Assembly (NCBI GenBank): GCA_012295275.1
Contig: CM022665.1
Span: 2,914,001 to 2,978,000 of the forward strand
DNA length: 64,000 nt
Direction of reading: 5' to 3'
Source: Chrysomallon squamiferum
Lineage: Eukaryota > Animalia > Mollusca
In this document: in pieces, positions 24,507 to 38,592 of the stretch
Layout: the number at the start of each line of letters is the position of its first letter
Numbering within the stretch: the first letter of the stretch is position 1
The notes under the pieces: generated by a model
Seen by the model: the letters and a program-made list of their open reading frames with translations, nothing else
Databases searched by the model: none
Told to the model about the DNA's origin: nothing
Translations under genes and position numbers: made by a program

Positions 24507-27067
24507 GTAAATACCATACAGTGACATATTAAGCCAGTGACACAACTTCTTTTCAAACAGTTAATAATGTTTGTCTTTCCGTAGCCACAGTCTTTAGACA
24601 CAATTAACGATTATTATTTCAAACTTCATTAGAATAAGACTGAAATCAAGACATCGGGTGCTAATTGGTTTGTCCTGTTGATTTTACTGACATCAATTAA
24701 CTGCATCAAGACAAATATTTTCAAATGCAGGTGTCAAAACCAATAGTAAGTCATGATTGCCTTGTTAACTTATTTTGTCTTCCCATCCGCGTCTTAACAA
24801 ACGTCGTTTCCAGTCTACTTTTCTTTGCACCCGTCTAATTGCCTGTCAGCAAGTATTCACCAGGTGTCTAACTCCGTACTGAAAACTTACAAGACAATCA
24901 TAATTACAATTTCCATTACACGTGTGCGTGATTAATGCGGAGAACAATAACTGGTGTAAGTATTTATTGTCTTACGAAAACTGCCGACACGACGCTAGTA
25001 TTCGTGCTGAAAACGAATCGCTTGCTGAAGACAATAGGAGTTTTCAGCACATCGGAGTGTTTTCGTTAGAAATTAAATTATTATAAAATCAATGACGCGG
25101 TGTGACACATATTTGCGGTACAGAATTTATGTATCGTCGTCGCTTGTTTTATTATTATGATTCTTTTGTTTATATGATACTTGTAACGCAATACGTAATT
25201 ACTCAAACACGTATACTGCAGGTGTCCTCGGGGTATGAATGTTATGATGAAGTTGTGGGCGTGTTCACGGTTAGGACAAAAAAAAAAAAAAAAAAAAAAA
25301 TAATGCATTACAATGTTAAACATTTATAATGCTGGATGATTTCGAAAACAAAATTTATACACTTTTTTTTTAAACTTTTTTTTCTCTTCTTTTTTCTTAT
25401 ATATATATATATATTGTAATTTTGTTTTAATATTTTTCTCTGTTTAAAATTATTATTATTAATAGTAGTAGTAGTGGTATGATTATTATTATTTATTATA
25501 ATAATTTGCTTTAAATTTGTAATCTAATGGAATTAGTATCGCTGAGTGAAACAGTAATAAAAACATAATGAATAATATCTAAAGAAAGTGTTGCATACAA
25601 AAGGTTGAAATATTTTCACATTTTGTTCAGTCTAGTCATTAGTAAGACTGAACATTTCATTTTTTTAAGATCATTAACATATTTTATTATTTTAGTTATT
25701 ATTTTATTTATTCATTTATTTATTTTATTTTTTAGATATTTATTAAGAACACGTAAAATATCTAAATGTTATTATAGTATACAAATTATGTACAGAAGAA
25801 AAAAAAATTTAGTCAAAAAAGTGAAGTAGTAGATACGTAATTTAAATTAAAAATTTATATAGAAATGTAATATTAAAATAAAGTATACGTAAACGTTTAG
25901 TAAGAACACTGAAGTGAACACAATGAACAGTAGTCAAACAGCTGTACACTGTGATGACGACGTTCACTACAAACTGTGTTCAGTGGTTGCAGTGACAGAA
26001 GGTAACTGAAAACTATAAAGTAAGTTATTAAAATGTTCTGAAAAAAAAACCAGAGAGAGACTACTGTTATTCATTCTAAACGTCATTATACTGCTAATAT
26101 TTGGAAATACCAACCCGAAAACAAGCATTTAATGGCAACAGAGCACAGGTAATAATAATTAAAAATAATAATAACCTCAGAAGCAATTTTCTTACATCTA
26201 ACACAGAGAAATTACCTTCGCATAAAATACGGTATTTTCATAAACGTCAAATAAATCAGAAATAAAGCTGCCTCTTTTAAGCGCCAAATGTTTTGAAATA
26301 GGACGTGTCTCGTTCGGTAATTCTAAACTTGATATGCCATCAAATAAGTGAATAATTGTTTTCGGTGAAGGCTGGAAGATGTAGTTTTGTTATCGCTTTC
26401 ATAATAGTACCCGACTGAAGGTAACCAAAGAGATAAATATTTTATCTCGGCGACATTGCATTCTCACTTTGTTCTGCCATTTTATGGACAAAACCAATTA
26501 TTCGCGATGTGCTTCCGATTTTTAAAAAAAAATAAAACTTGCAGTTAATTGCATTCAAAGCAAACCGAGGGGCTGATGAACACACGTGGCCATCTCCAAG
26601 TATATACCATAAAGATAAGGTTGCACGATTTAAGCAGAAACATCCGCCACATCGATGGTTCCAAGTGATGTGATAAAATATATCTGATTTAATGTTGCTA
26701 CTGCAACGCTGTTGTCATTTCAAACCTACCCAGTTAGTCATAGATGCCACTTGCACCTGGTAATCATTTTTGAATATTTTTTCTTTTCTTTTTTGTTGAA
26801 AAGTTTTTTTATTTTTATTTTTTATCTTGCAACAAATGTATTATTCAAAGTCGAAATGTTACGTAATGTTTACATTAAACGATGCTGTTACGTAATGTTA
26901 ATTGACAACAAAATATTTAATAATTTAATAAATATATATATATCCTTTAATATATGGATTGAAATATGTTATGTATTTCTGTAACAGAAATCCTCTAGAA
27001 ATAATAACGACAAAAAACAAAATGATGATGGTGATAATAATAGTAATAGTAATAATAATAATAATAA

Positions 27068-27102
<35 letters not shown>

Positions 27103-28351
27103 CACACGAGAAAAACCAAAAACAAACCAGCAAAAATCTTAAACCAAAACACAAGTAACTTTAAGACATTTTTATTGTATTATGCATAAACATATATATA
27201 TATATATAAACAAAACTGAAAATCAAATAAAAATAATAATAATAATAAAAATTTAAAAAATTAAAAAATTAAAAATATCGTAGATTCCTCTTAACTGTTA
27301 GCTATTTTTAGACATTTTTTTTTTTTTTTTTTTATATAGCAATATACTTATATTACCGTTATGGTATTTTTTTATATATCTTTTCTTTATTAATATTCTA
27401 AATATACATCCAAATCGAAAACAATCGGTTTAATACGTATCATAGATTATAACAGATATACTGCCGTGCACTCTGAGCAAACATATTTTCGTGTTTCTGA
27501 TCAAAGCATTAATTGATCCTAAATCTTAATAGCAATAACAACGGCTTCTTTAAAGCCATGCAAGTTCTGGTCTTTAATTCGTGAAAACAAGGTGGTTTCC
27601 TCGTGCATGGTCAGAGCATTTGTGTCGTCTGAAAACACAATCAGAAAACAGCCAATGAATCATGATGTCCATTGGCTGTTTTTTTTTTTTTTCTTTTTTT
27701 GCTGATGACGTTTTGCTTTTTGTTCGCATGTGTGTATGTGAGTGTGTGTATTAATGCTTCTATGTGCGTGCGTGTACGGTGTATGTATTTGAAAGCAAAT
27801 GCTAAATGGTAAAATATAATAAAATGAGAATTTTTTTTTTTTTTTTTTTTTTCACAACCAAAACCGATATCACCTATCATCACCGCATAGTCTGTGTTGG
27901 CGCAGTAAATTATTTGATTTTATTTTACTCACGGTTATTCAGAACAAAACGTTGTGTTTGTGTTTCTTGCGTGTTAATGTCTGTGTGAGTTAAAATCATT
28001 CGGTACGAAACAGATGCATTCGTTTCTGTTTAATAAACTTTTAATCCAAATCTCGAGGCATTTAAAATACACAGTTTCGTTTTATATGAAAATGTGTCTA
28101 GTTTTATGAATACTGCTATATATGTGTGTATAAAAGTATGTGTTTGTGTGTATTATGTGTATACGTGTTTGTGTGCATTATGTGTATATGTGTGTACGTT
28201 GTGTGCTTACATATATGTGTGCATGTGTATATATGTGAAACATTGTCAACTATAGTTGATTATATTCATTGTACATAGGTTTTTTCCTTTTTTGTTGTCT
28301 TTATTATTATTATCATTATCATCACCATCATCATCATTATTATTATTATTA

Positions 28352-28382
<31 letters not shown>

Positions 28383-28934
28383 GATTATTATTATTATTCA
28401 TGAACACGCAGCAGACTGTTCAAGTCTGGCTTTAGACGGAGTGTGTATGAGAGTATAAAATATCGGCCTGCATGAAAGAAAACTTATCTTCGCTTTGATT
28501 TTAATTCTAAAATTACGCTTACACATTGCTGCACGAGATATGCATCTTTCTAACATAAAAAGGCTCATATTTGTCCTGAATACTCTTTTAAAATAATAAT
28601 TAAAATCTGTTACAAAATTTTTTTCTTACAGATAGTGAAGGCTATCTAATTACAGCAGATACACACCTCAGTGGTATTAAAGCGTGCGCACATTTTAAAT
28701 TTTTATTATTTTTTATTTTTTTATTTTTTGTTTGTTTATTGTTACGTGAGCATTGCATTTTCATTGTTATGTGTGTGGGTTTTGTATGCATACGCATATT
28801 ATATGTGTATGCGTTATTGATGTGTGTGTACACATACGTCCGCACCTATGTCTAATATATATATGAGTGTGTGTTTGTGTATCTGTGTGCATTTGCGTGT
28901 ATGTATGTATCTGTGTATGTATGTATACATGCAT

Positions 28935-29345
28935 CAGGGATTCCAGAACAATTGTGACTCTGGGGCGTCGGACTAGCAATGTTTGCTCGGATACCCTAGG
29001 ACAAGCTCCCCCCTGGAAAAATGATTTGAATTGCTTCTGGCCACTATAAATAATATATGAATGAGATAAAATATGTTGCTAATTTATATATATATATTAA
29101 GGTCGATGTAAAAAAGAATGAAGATTACTTATTAGTGACTATTTAGTTTATCATGGCAGGCGTATCGAAATATTAATTATGTAGACCTACATGCAAATCT
29201 AATATTAATCTGTAATGACAAAACTGATTTGGATCGGGACCGTGCTGCAGCACAGACAAAGTTATGTAAAGTAGTAAAACTGCTTGGACGGCGTCATGGT
29301 CAAATTAATGGAGCCACTGTCGCCACCCCAGTTCTGGCGACCACG
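28935..29345. mobile_element. Putative decayed MITE
   Basis: GC-richer ends cagggattccagaac ... gttctggcgaccacg form a degenerate TIR sharing CCAGAAC. Internal gctccccctggaaaaat. Embedded in (TG/TA)-rich satellite. Confidence 0.35.
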
Positions 29346-29399
29346 TAAATATGGTGATTTACATAATATGTGTCTCTATACGTTTTACGCGTTCGTGAA

Positions 29400-29975
29400 T
29401 GTGAAAATGTGTTGTTCCTGTAAGTATGTGTTTGTATGTGTGTGTTATGTGTATACTGTAGCTCTGTATAGTTCATTTACGTATCTTGTACATCGATGTG
29501 TTTATGTGTGTTGTACATGTGTTGTACATCTATGTATATACGTGATTTGTATATCTATGTGTGTTGTACAGGTATGTGTTGTTCATATATGTGTAAAAGT
29601 GTGTTGTACATCTATATGTATAAATGTTTTGTATTATTTATGTGTATATGTGTGTTGTACAACTAAGTTATGTTGTATTTTACATATATATGTAAAAGTG
29701 TGTTGTACATGTATTGTACAAGTAAGTCTACGTGTCTCTGTGTGTTGTACTTCTACATGTTTTGTGTTGTGCATGTGTTGTATATGGAAATGTGCATTAT
29801 ATATATATATATATGTTTATGTGTGTATATATATGTGTTTACATTTCTTGTACATCTATGTGTTTATGTGTTGAACATCTATATATTTATGTGTGTTGTA
29901 CATCTATGTACGTTTTACAACTAAATTTGTATATACTGTACATGTATATGTATGTTGTGTTGATTGTATGTACCA
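29400..29975. repeat. Degenerate minisatellite with core TGTGTTGTACATCTATGT
   Basis: Recurrent tgtgttgtacat(c)tat units at irregular spacing of about 20-40 bp; explains the spurious Cys/Val/Tyr ORFs. Confidence 0.85.
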
Positions 29976-30257
29976 AATATGTGAAAACTAGTATTTCGAA
30001 TTCTGCTAAACCAAAACATTTCATTCAATTTTATAATTAATTTTTCTTATCTGGTAATTCAGTAATGAAAGAACTCTTGGGTAGACACGTTAAATAAACC
30101 AACAAACACATAAATGAAAAATTAATAAAATTAACGGAATCGTCAATATTACTGTATGTATTAATTACTATTACACAATTAACAACGATAAATAATTTTC
30201 ATTTACTTGTATTCCGAAATAAATAAACAAAAAAAAACAAACAAACAAACAAACAAA

Positions 30258-30292
<35 letters not shown>

Positions 30293-31849
30293 AAATATAA
30301 ACAAATAAATAAATTAAATTATATATTTTGTATAACTGAAAATAATTTTACTGATTTCACATTCATATACTTTGGAATATATTTTAACATTCTGATATAC
30401 TTTGATCTGGTTTGACCTATGGCAAGGTGAAATTTCACTTCTTTTTTTTTTTTTGACAAAATAATAAAACACGTTTGCTGAGTGACCATCCTTCACCGGA
30501 CACTGACAGAAATAATTACCTGTTTTCACCTGTAAGACATTCATTGATCTCAGTTTGAGAAAGTCGCTTTCAAACCATAAACATCTTTACAGGTACAGTG
30601 TGATGACAACAATACACGCAAAGAAAAGTATAAATATATTAGTAATTAAAACTGTGGACATAGCAATAAATAAAATGAAATATATATTTTTTTATATCTT
30701 CATGTTAATAAATCTGTGTTAAAGTTTGAAAAATAATGTCGTAGAGAAAAAGGAAGTAATTAAAATGATTAATGAAACACCCTGTTAAAAAATAACTTTA
30801 CGTTATATGCTGTTATTCCTTTTATTTTATCTTATATTTATTTATTTATTTATTTTATTTTATTTATTTATTTGTTTATTTTATTTTATTTTATTTTAAA
30901 TTATTATTTTTTTATTTTATTTATTTATTTACTTATTTATTTATTTATTTGCTTACTTACTTACTTATTATATATTTACTTATTTATTTATTACAGTATA
31001 TCATATAAATATATGATATACTATAATAAATCATAACATAAATTGTTAATTTTTTAGCATATTAATATAATTTAATGGTTATATTCATTGTAAATAATAC
31101 ATCTCTTCTTCTTCTTTTTTTTTTACATGATAACTGAATATTGTTACTAATTATAATAAGTAATGTTTCACGTTCTTTAAATTTCTATGCCAATATAATA
31201 ATAAATATTAATGCTGAATTAATGATCGGTGATTGAAATGCAAATGACTGAATATTTTATATCCACTTCAAAGTGTCAAATTATGAGAAAAAGTTTAGAA
31301 CTGTCTGATAAATGCTTTCTATGTTTAGAAATAAGATAATGAAATAAAACAAAATATGGAAATTTATTATTATTATTATTATTATTAATAATATTTTATT
31401 ATTTTTATCATCACCATTATCATTATTATCATCATTATTTTTTTAACATATTTCCATATTTATACTATTAATATCTGTCAAAATAATTTATGTTCTTTAC
31501 CTTAAGAATGTGCATATATGACAAGTTAAATTCACTAAGAGAATAATATTTATAAAATGTACGTTTAAAATAAATACATTTTTAAAAAAATGCCTTCAAA
31601 AATAAAGTTTAAATTACAAGCTTTTTTTAAAAAAAGAAAAGAAAAAAGAACTGGGGTTAAAACTTCTCACATTTTTATCAGGAATAGTTTTAATCTAACA
31701 ACACTGTCGCATTCGCTGTCATCAAGAAAGAAAGAAAGAAAGAAAAAAAAAGAAAAAAAATCCGTGCAGAAAGTGACTCTAAAAATATCTAAGCCTTCAA
31801 ATCTTTATTTCCTTACTTGATCTACGTGATATATGTTACTTCGGCTATC

Positions 31850-32170
31850 GAACAAAATTCATGAATATTCATTAGATGTAATCGCCAAACCATGAACCTT
31901 AATAACAAACGTCGACTGTTCATTGGATGAAAAGCGCCATCAGTGTGCAAAGCTTAACAATGGATCTAAAAGTGTTTTGACAGCCTAACAGCGGCATTAC
32001 TGATCCTGATACAATTACACTTGACTGAAAGGGGCTGGGCGATACTTAATTTCATTAAAAGGTAATAAAATTATCCCTACACGACTCGGACCCGTTTCAG
32101 TGAGTTAAGTGCTTTAGAATTGTTACCTTGCTTTTAAGAGTCCAGGCTACCGGAGAGGTCGTCATTCGTT
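31850..32170 (+). promoter_or_regulatory. Putative gsc proximal promoter
   Basis: Complex, microsatellite-free block just upstream of exon 1. TATA-like TTTTAAGA at 32132 lies about 30 bp before an Inr-like TCATTC at 32162. Confidence 0.35.
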
Positions 32171-32317
32171 CGGGTGTGCGTTCTCAGACCATCAACTCTG
32201 TAGCTGTGTCAGTTTTGTTTTGATTATTTCTAACACACTAAACAGTTTAAACCGAACAGTTCACACTCGCTTGTGGTCTGCGTGTGTCTGTGTGTCTGTC
32301 TCTCAGTCTGTCTCTAA

Positions 32318-32354
<37 letters not shown>

Positions 32355-32428
32355 GAGACTGCCCCGTTCGGAGGTTTATTGCAAGGACGTTTTCGTGACT
32401 TTTCGTGGACTTCAGTTCAGTTCGTGGA

Positions 32429-32705
32429 ATGTCGGTGGATTCTCGACTAGCGCTGCCCAGGAGTATGGCAGATTTAGTTCCGTCCACAATGGCTGCCGCA
32501 ATGATGCCTCACTTCTCGTACTACTACAGCCCCGCGCAACTGGAGCACCTGAAATCCTGTCACAACTCCATGTTGGCGGGTACAGCGCCGTCTCTCTTCA
32601 CCATCGACAGCATCCTTGCTCCAAGACCGCTGCTGGCTCACAGACCCAACCCGTACTTCCCATACCACGGCTTGTCTCCAGCTTGTTCTCCGCAGGAACT
32701 GTTCG
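32429..32705 (+). CDS. gsc: Goosecoid exon 1 (contains eh1/GEH Groucho-binding motif)
   Basis: Reads MSVDSRLALPRSMADLVPSTMAAAMMPHF...SLFTIDSILAPRP...QELF, with eh1 FTIDSIL at 32597-32617. Donor G|GTAAG at 32706 (phase 1). The true start could be one of several in-frame ATGs (32429, 32465 or later). Confidence 0.88.
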
Positions 32706-32835
32706 GTAAGTAAACGACGACAACAGAAACAGCAACAGCAACAGTAACATTAATAATAATAATAATAATTATAATAATAATATTAATAATAGAATTAAAA
32801 ATAATAATTGTTATAATTATAATTATAATAGTAAA

Positions 32836-32866
<31 letters not shown>

Positions 32867-33449
32867 TGTAGTAGTAGTATTAGTATTAGTAGTAGTAATG
32901 TATTAAAGTTCATTATTTGAACAAAAATAACTAAAAATGAATTTATGGTAATAAAATAATTATAGACAAAATGTTTTAAATTATTTTTCTTCATTTTCAT
33001 CATTAACAATTTTTGAATAGTAATGAATACACTATATTATATAGATAGTAATTTCCGCAAAAGTTTTCAAATACTATATTATTATTGTTATTGTTGTTGT
33101 TGCTTTGTTTTTTAAATACATATAATCATGTATTTAATAATATAATTAATGAAATAGTTTTTAATCTTTCGGCTATATGTCTATTTAAAATATAATTATT
33201 TATTTTTAATATATTAACTTTTAAATGTAATCTATGTTCTTTTGTTATGCGTGAAATAATAATAATGTTTTTCTATAAAATATCATATATATCATAACTT
33301 GAAATTGCTAAAACGTTTATGAGCGTTTTAAGTGAAAATTTGTGTTTTCTTCATCAACGAATTTTATTTAAACACTTTTATTTCATTATTATTTTTGTTT
33401 ATAAAATTATAAAGTAATAGTATTACTACAATACTACTAATACTACATC

Positions 33450-33498
<49 letters not shown>

Positions 33499-33873
33499 AA
33501 TAATTACTACAACAGCAACACCACCACCACCGACAACAACAACAATAATAACAATATAATATTAATAATAATAATAATAATAATAATGACTCACATAGAG
33601 TTAAATTTAACTATGTTTTAAAAACTAGGTTCTAAAACACATATTAAATTAAATGCTATTACACTTTTTAATTTGAAAATAAAAGCAGTAATATAGACCT
33701 ACGATTTCAAAAATTGCAGCGAATAAAACTAAAAGAAACCAACAAAAATAAAATATTAATAATAATAATAATTATTATTATTACTATTTTTATAATAAAT
33801 AAATAAAATTTACAGTAACTGTAATAAAAGTAACAGAAGACAAAATTGAACAAATTAATTTAAATTTATATTA

Positions 33874-33922
<49 letters not shown>

Positions 33923-34495
33923 CCACAAAACAAATGTATGAACCATGGTAATAATAAAATATATAAATATATATATATATATATGAAGAAAAAAAACATT
34001 AATCGAAAATCATAGAAATAAGAATTTTAAACAAACATATTAAACAGAACTAAAAACAAACACATTTATATTTTATTTTTCACAAAACAGAAAACACTTA
34101 AAATTGTTCAGAAAATTCGACTTATTTACGAAAAATCACACAAATTGAAATTTTACGCAAGGAAATGTGAGGTTAACCGAATTAATTAACCTTAAGCATT
34201 TAACTTATTCGCAGAGTCGGATGGGTTTAATTAGAATGATCCCCGTTAAGTGTCTTAAATTTCCTACTGCATTACATAAAAATAATAGAATTCAAAGCTA
34301 GGCGCGCTATTCGTTTCTGCTGCAACTTGTAGGATTTCCAGATCTAATGACACTAGCCCTGCGCCATTTTGAAGACGTTTAACAGCACAGACACGTAAAA
34401 TTTGCTGTCTGGTACTTATGTATTTATTTATTTATTTATTTGCCTTTTTGTTTGTTTGTTTGTTTAATTATTTAATTACATACTGAGTAGTTGAT

Positions 34496-34534
<39 letters not shown>

Positions 34535-35682
34535 TTTTTTATTTATTTATTTATGATTATTGTCATTCGTTTTGGTATTTACTACTACTACTACTAATAT
34601 CGTTGTTATTTGTTATTATTATTGTTGTTGCTAATTTAATAATAATAATTAAAAACTACTGAAGATGATGATGATGATAATAATAATAACAAAATCGGTT
34701 TATTAATAATGATAAAAATAAATAAATAAATAAATATCGTTATTGTTATTATTATTATTATTATTAGTAGTAGTAGTAGTAGTAGCAGCTGCAATAACAC
34801 ATTATTTTGTTATAAATCATTAATTAACTATATTTCAAAGCTTATTTCAAAGTGATCCGTCTATATCATTTTATATATAAAAAGGTTAACCCGTAAACAA
34901 AAACCTTTTGACAGAAATCTGAATATATTAGTCTAAAGTTAGTCGTTGAACCGGATCATATTTTAACAGTTTATAGTTTATTCTAAACACCATATTTTAT
35001 TTGAGACAAAGAATGCAGTCTGCTATCCATTAAGCGTAAAACATAGCATATTTTTGTGACAGTTTTATTTATTTATTTATTTATTTATTTATTTTATATT
35101 TTTATTTATCTATTTATATTTTTATTTATTTATTTATTTATTTATTCCCCTGCTTACTTTATTTTTTTGTTTTTTAATATTTTATTTTAAATTATTATTT
35201 TCTCTACATTATCAAGATTATTATTATTTTTTCTGTTTAGTAAAAAATATATGTAAATAAAATAAACGTAAATAAATAAAGGAACATATATTTATATCCC
35301 AATAATTTTAATATATATATATTTTTTATATTATTATTTAATTCCTGTTTAGTCAAAAGAAAATAGATTAACACAGCTTATAATAATAACAATAAAAAAT
35401 AAAAATAAAAATAAATAAAAAACAAAAAAACAAAAACAATTTAATGAATTAAATTGTGTAGGCTTTACAAAATTATATTTCGGTAGTTTTATTTTCATTA
35501 TTTTATTTTACGTTTTTAAAAATTATTATTATTAATATTATTATTATTATTATTATTATACTATTATAATTATTACAATTATTATTATTATTTATCCATT
35601 TGTTATTTTATTAATTTATTTATTTATTAATATTAATATTATTATATTATTAATATTAATATTATTATATTATTAATATTAA

Positions 35683-35725
<43 letters not shown>

Positions 35726-36444
35726 TTCTAAATTTTACGTTTCTTATAATCATATTTTTACCTACATTCTTTTAAAGTTTTGTTTATTATTAAATCGGTA
35801 AATTATTTCCTTCTTTGAATTAACCACAAATCCTTAAAAACATTATCCGAATTATTTCAGTGTTTATTTAAATCATCGTATTAGGATAATTTAAGCAAAC
35901 ACTGAAATAGGTGCTAGGTAAGTGGTAATTTGCTGAGGGTGAAGGTATTAAGGTTTTCAGCGGAAAATAAAAATAATGATTCACTCTGTTAACATAAGCA
36001 AAACTTACGTAACGTATTAAAACAAACAAAAAAAAAATCTGAACTACATGTAATAATAAAACACCTTAAACAACTTCGTAGTTATTCTAATGAACTTTTC
36101 TGATGCGTGTTGTTCACTGAACGGTATTTTTTTTTTCGTGTTGTTTTAACAAAGTCTTTGTGAAAACAACGTCACACTTTTCTATAAAATATATGTGATT
36201 TTAGCAATTTAAGTAACTGTTAACGGCATTTATTTTATCTTTTCAACTTTTACGTTTCGGTGTTTTTTTTTCTGTGTGTGTTTTTGTTTTGCGAGTGTGC
36301 ACACACCTCCGCCAGCGAAACAATTATTATGTTAAGTGAACTTTTTTTTAAAAATAAAATGTTTTTGCCACCTGTAGCTGCTAAATGTTAAACGTTCTTG
36401 CAAAAAAACCACTGTGGTTGGATTAAAATGATGCTGCTATCGGG

Positions 36445-36455
36445 TAATCGGATTA
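36445..36455. promoter_or_regulatory. Palindromic P3 paired-class homeodomain dimer site with K50 half-site, in gsc intron 1
   Basis: TAATCGGATTA (reverse complement TAATCCGATTA), with an additional GGATTA at 36420-36425. Confidence 0.5.
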
Positions 36456-38130
36456 TCTTCATTAAGTGCAGCGTTAAAGACTATTTAGCTCGTGAACAGA
36501 TTATAACATTTAAAAATGCGGATTTGCGTGGAACAAAAAAAATAAAAATAAAATCATTTTATTATTATCTATAAAATTCCAACTGTGTAAAACATATACC
36601 AAATAAATGAGAATATTATTATTCTATACCATTTTAACCATGAAAAACAAATTTAAAGGGTCATAGTTAGAATATTGTGTTTAATAATAGCTGATCGCTG
36701 ATTTTGCGCGACACGACTGAAGGTTTATTGTAAACATATACACACACATATTTAGACAATTATAATAGATAATACCAACAACAGCAAAAAGTTACTAAAT
36801 TGTCAGTCAAGCGTGGCTCTAACACTTCATCTATCACCCGTACGTCGCTGAAGTGTTGCTGAAATGTCTTCAATGTTAGTGCTATAATTTAGCGATTAGT
36901 GTTAAGTTTCATTCCGCCGCGTCTTGTATGTTGTACAGTGATATATTATCGTGACAAACGTCTAAAGTGCAACGCCTTTTTTTTTTTGAAAAATAGATTT
37001 ACTTTGATCAGTTTTGGCTATATCAAAAGGAATATGCTATTATCTCAAATCGTCTGCTTATGGATCATTAACGCTTCATTTAAAAAAAGTTATCCAACAA
37101 TTCGACCAGAAAGCTCTTGAAATGTGCTCGATGATAAGCATCTCCGAGTTTAAAGGAGATAAGTAATTATCACTCAACTGAAATAACATGCTAAATGTAC
37201 GGATGGATGGGTAAGCGATCGGACGTAAGGACGAACGGATGGTTAGATAAAAATTTAAAACAGTGATCTCTCTCACGAACGTAGCAGAAATCTGCTTAAC
37301 TTTTGAATTGGATTGTTTTTGATGACAAATAATCTTTCATCGTATACAGCTTTATTTATTTATACGTTTTGTGTAATTTTATTTTTTTATCCATCGTTTT
37401 TTTAATTTATTTATTTATTTATTTAAATCAACACACCTGTCAAAAACAAAAAAAATAAAATAATAATAATAATAATAATTGTAAAGCGACGTCATTCAGA
37501 CACAAATAATAACATTTAGTTAAAATATGTGTTTTAAAATAAAACGACGAAAACTGTAATTTTACAAAAGATGAATATATTGTTTATTACCTATGTATGT
37601 CTAGCTGGTTTGTCGAAAATAAACATTCTTCTTATTCGTCGACATAGAAATCGTTAGAAAATTTTAGTTCGCACGAATTCTTTATTATTATTATTATTAT
37701 TTTCCTTTTTGTTTCGAAATTGAGAAACTGACTTGTGTTTCAGCTATGATATTAATAAATATCAGTATAACATAAATTAAATTAAAAAATGAAAAGAACC
37801 CCCCACACACACACACAAAAACAATAAGTTCATGATAATAATTCTGCAATTAATCCCAACCCCTGGTCGCAGGGTGTGTCCTCATTAGGGTCACAAGGGA
37901 CTTTCACACAATGCTTACATTACGTCAAATGGAAAATAAAAAGGACTGTGAACCAATATATCAATGTAAATATTTGTTTCTGTTTACATTATTTATAACA
38001 TTTTTAGGAACTTCTTTAACATTTGGTAAAACGTTATTTTATTTATTTATTTATTTATTTAACTAATACCGTCACTGTTCAAAACAGGAATTTAAAAATA
38101 AAAACAATTTTTTTTTTTTTCTTATTGCAG

Positions 38131-38333
38131 CTGCCTACCAGCCCTTCCCGGGCTTCATGAACCCGGCTGAGATTGCACGTGCGAATCAGAAGAGAAAGCG
38201 AAGACATCGCACGATCTTCACGGAGGAGCAGCTGGAACAGCTAGAAGCGACGTTTCAGAAGACGCACTATCCCGATGTCCTACTTAGGGAAGAACTAGCC
38301 ATCAAAGTCGACCTCAAAGAAGAACGCGTAGAG
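38131..38333 (+). CDS. gsc: Goosecoid exon 2 (homeodomain helices 1-2 and start of helix 3)
   Basis: Acceptor cttattgcag at 38130. Encodes [48 protein letters not shown], the characteristic Gsc homeodomain. Donor GAG|GTACG at 38334 (phase 0) is the typical PRD-class intron before VWF. Confidence 0.96.
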
Positions 38334-38471
38334 GTACGAGCTTTACTGACATACACTTCAATATTTAACAACAACTCGCCACTTTTCATTATTTACGTTA
38401 TTAGATTTCAAGAATACGACGGATTTTATTATTATTTATTTATTTATTTTACGTACGGTATTACGACTTCT

Positions 38472-38592
38472 TGAGAGAGAAACCCATGTCTGTTTAATTC
38501 CTTTTTAATTAAAAACAAGGACATTTTTCACGATGTCCGCCCGCAGACAGAAAAACCTTAAATCACGCGCATTTTGATAAATTAGTCGTGGT
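38472..38592. repeat. Possible decayed copy of a dispersed SINE-like gastropod repeat
   Basis: Motif order gagagagaaaccc...caagg...cgcagacag...agtcgtgg resembles, from memory only, an abundant dispersed repeat of some gastropod genomes; unverified. Confidence 0.2.

Noticed and set aside
29284-30040. Cys-rich ORFs (metallothionein/keratin-like appearance) and CRISPR-like periodicity
   Set aside because: Products of a degenerate TGTGTTGTACAT minisatellite. There are no unique spacers or cas genes, and the context is eukaryotic.
38334-38474. Read-through of gsc exon 2 as a truncated homeodomain isoform
   Set aside because: Canonical PRD-class intron position with a good donor and a matching exon 3; the read-through is intronic low-complexity sequence.
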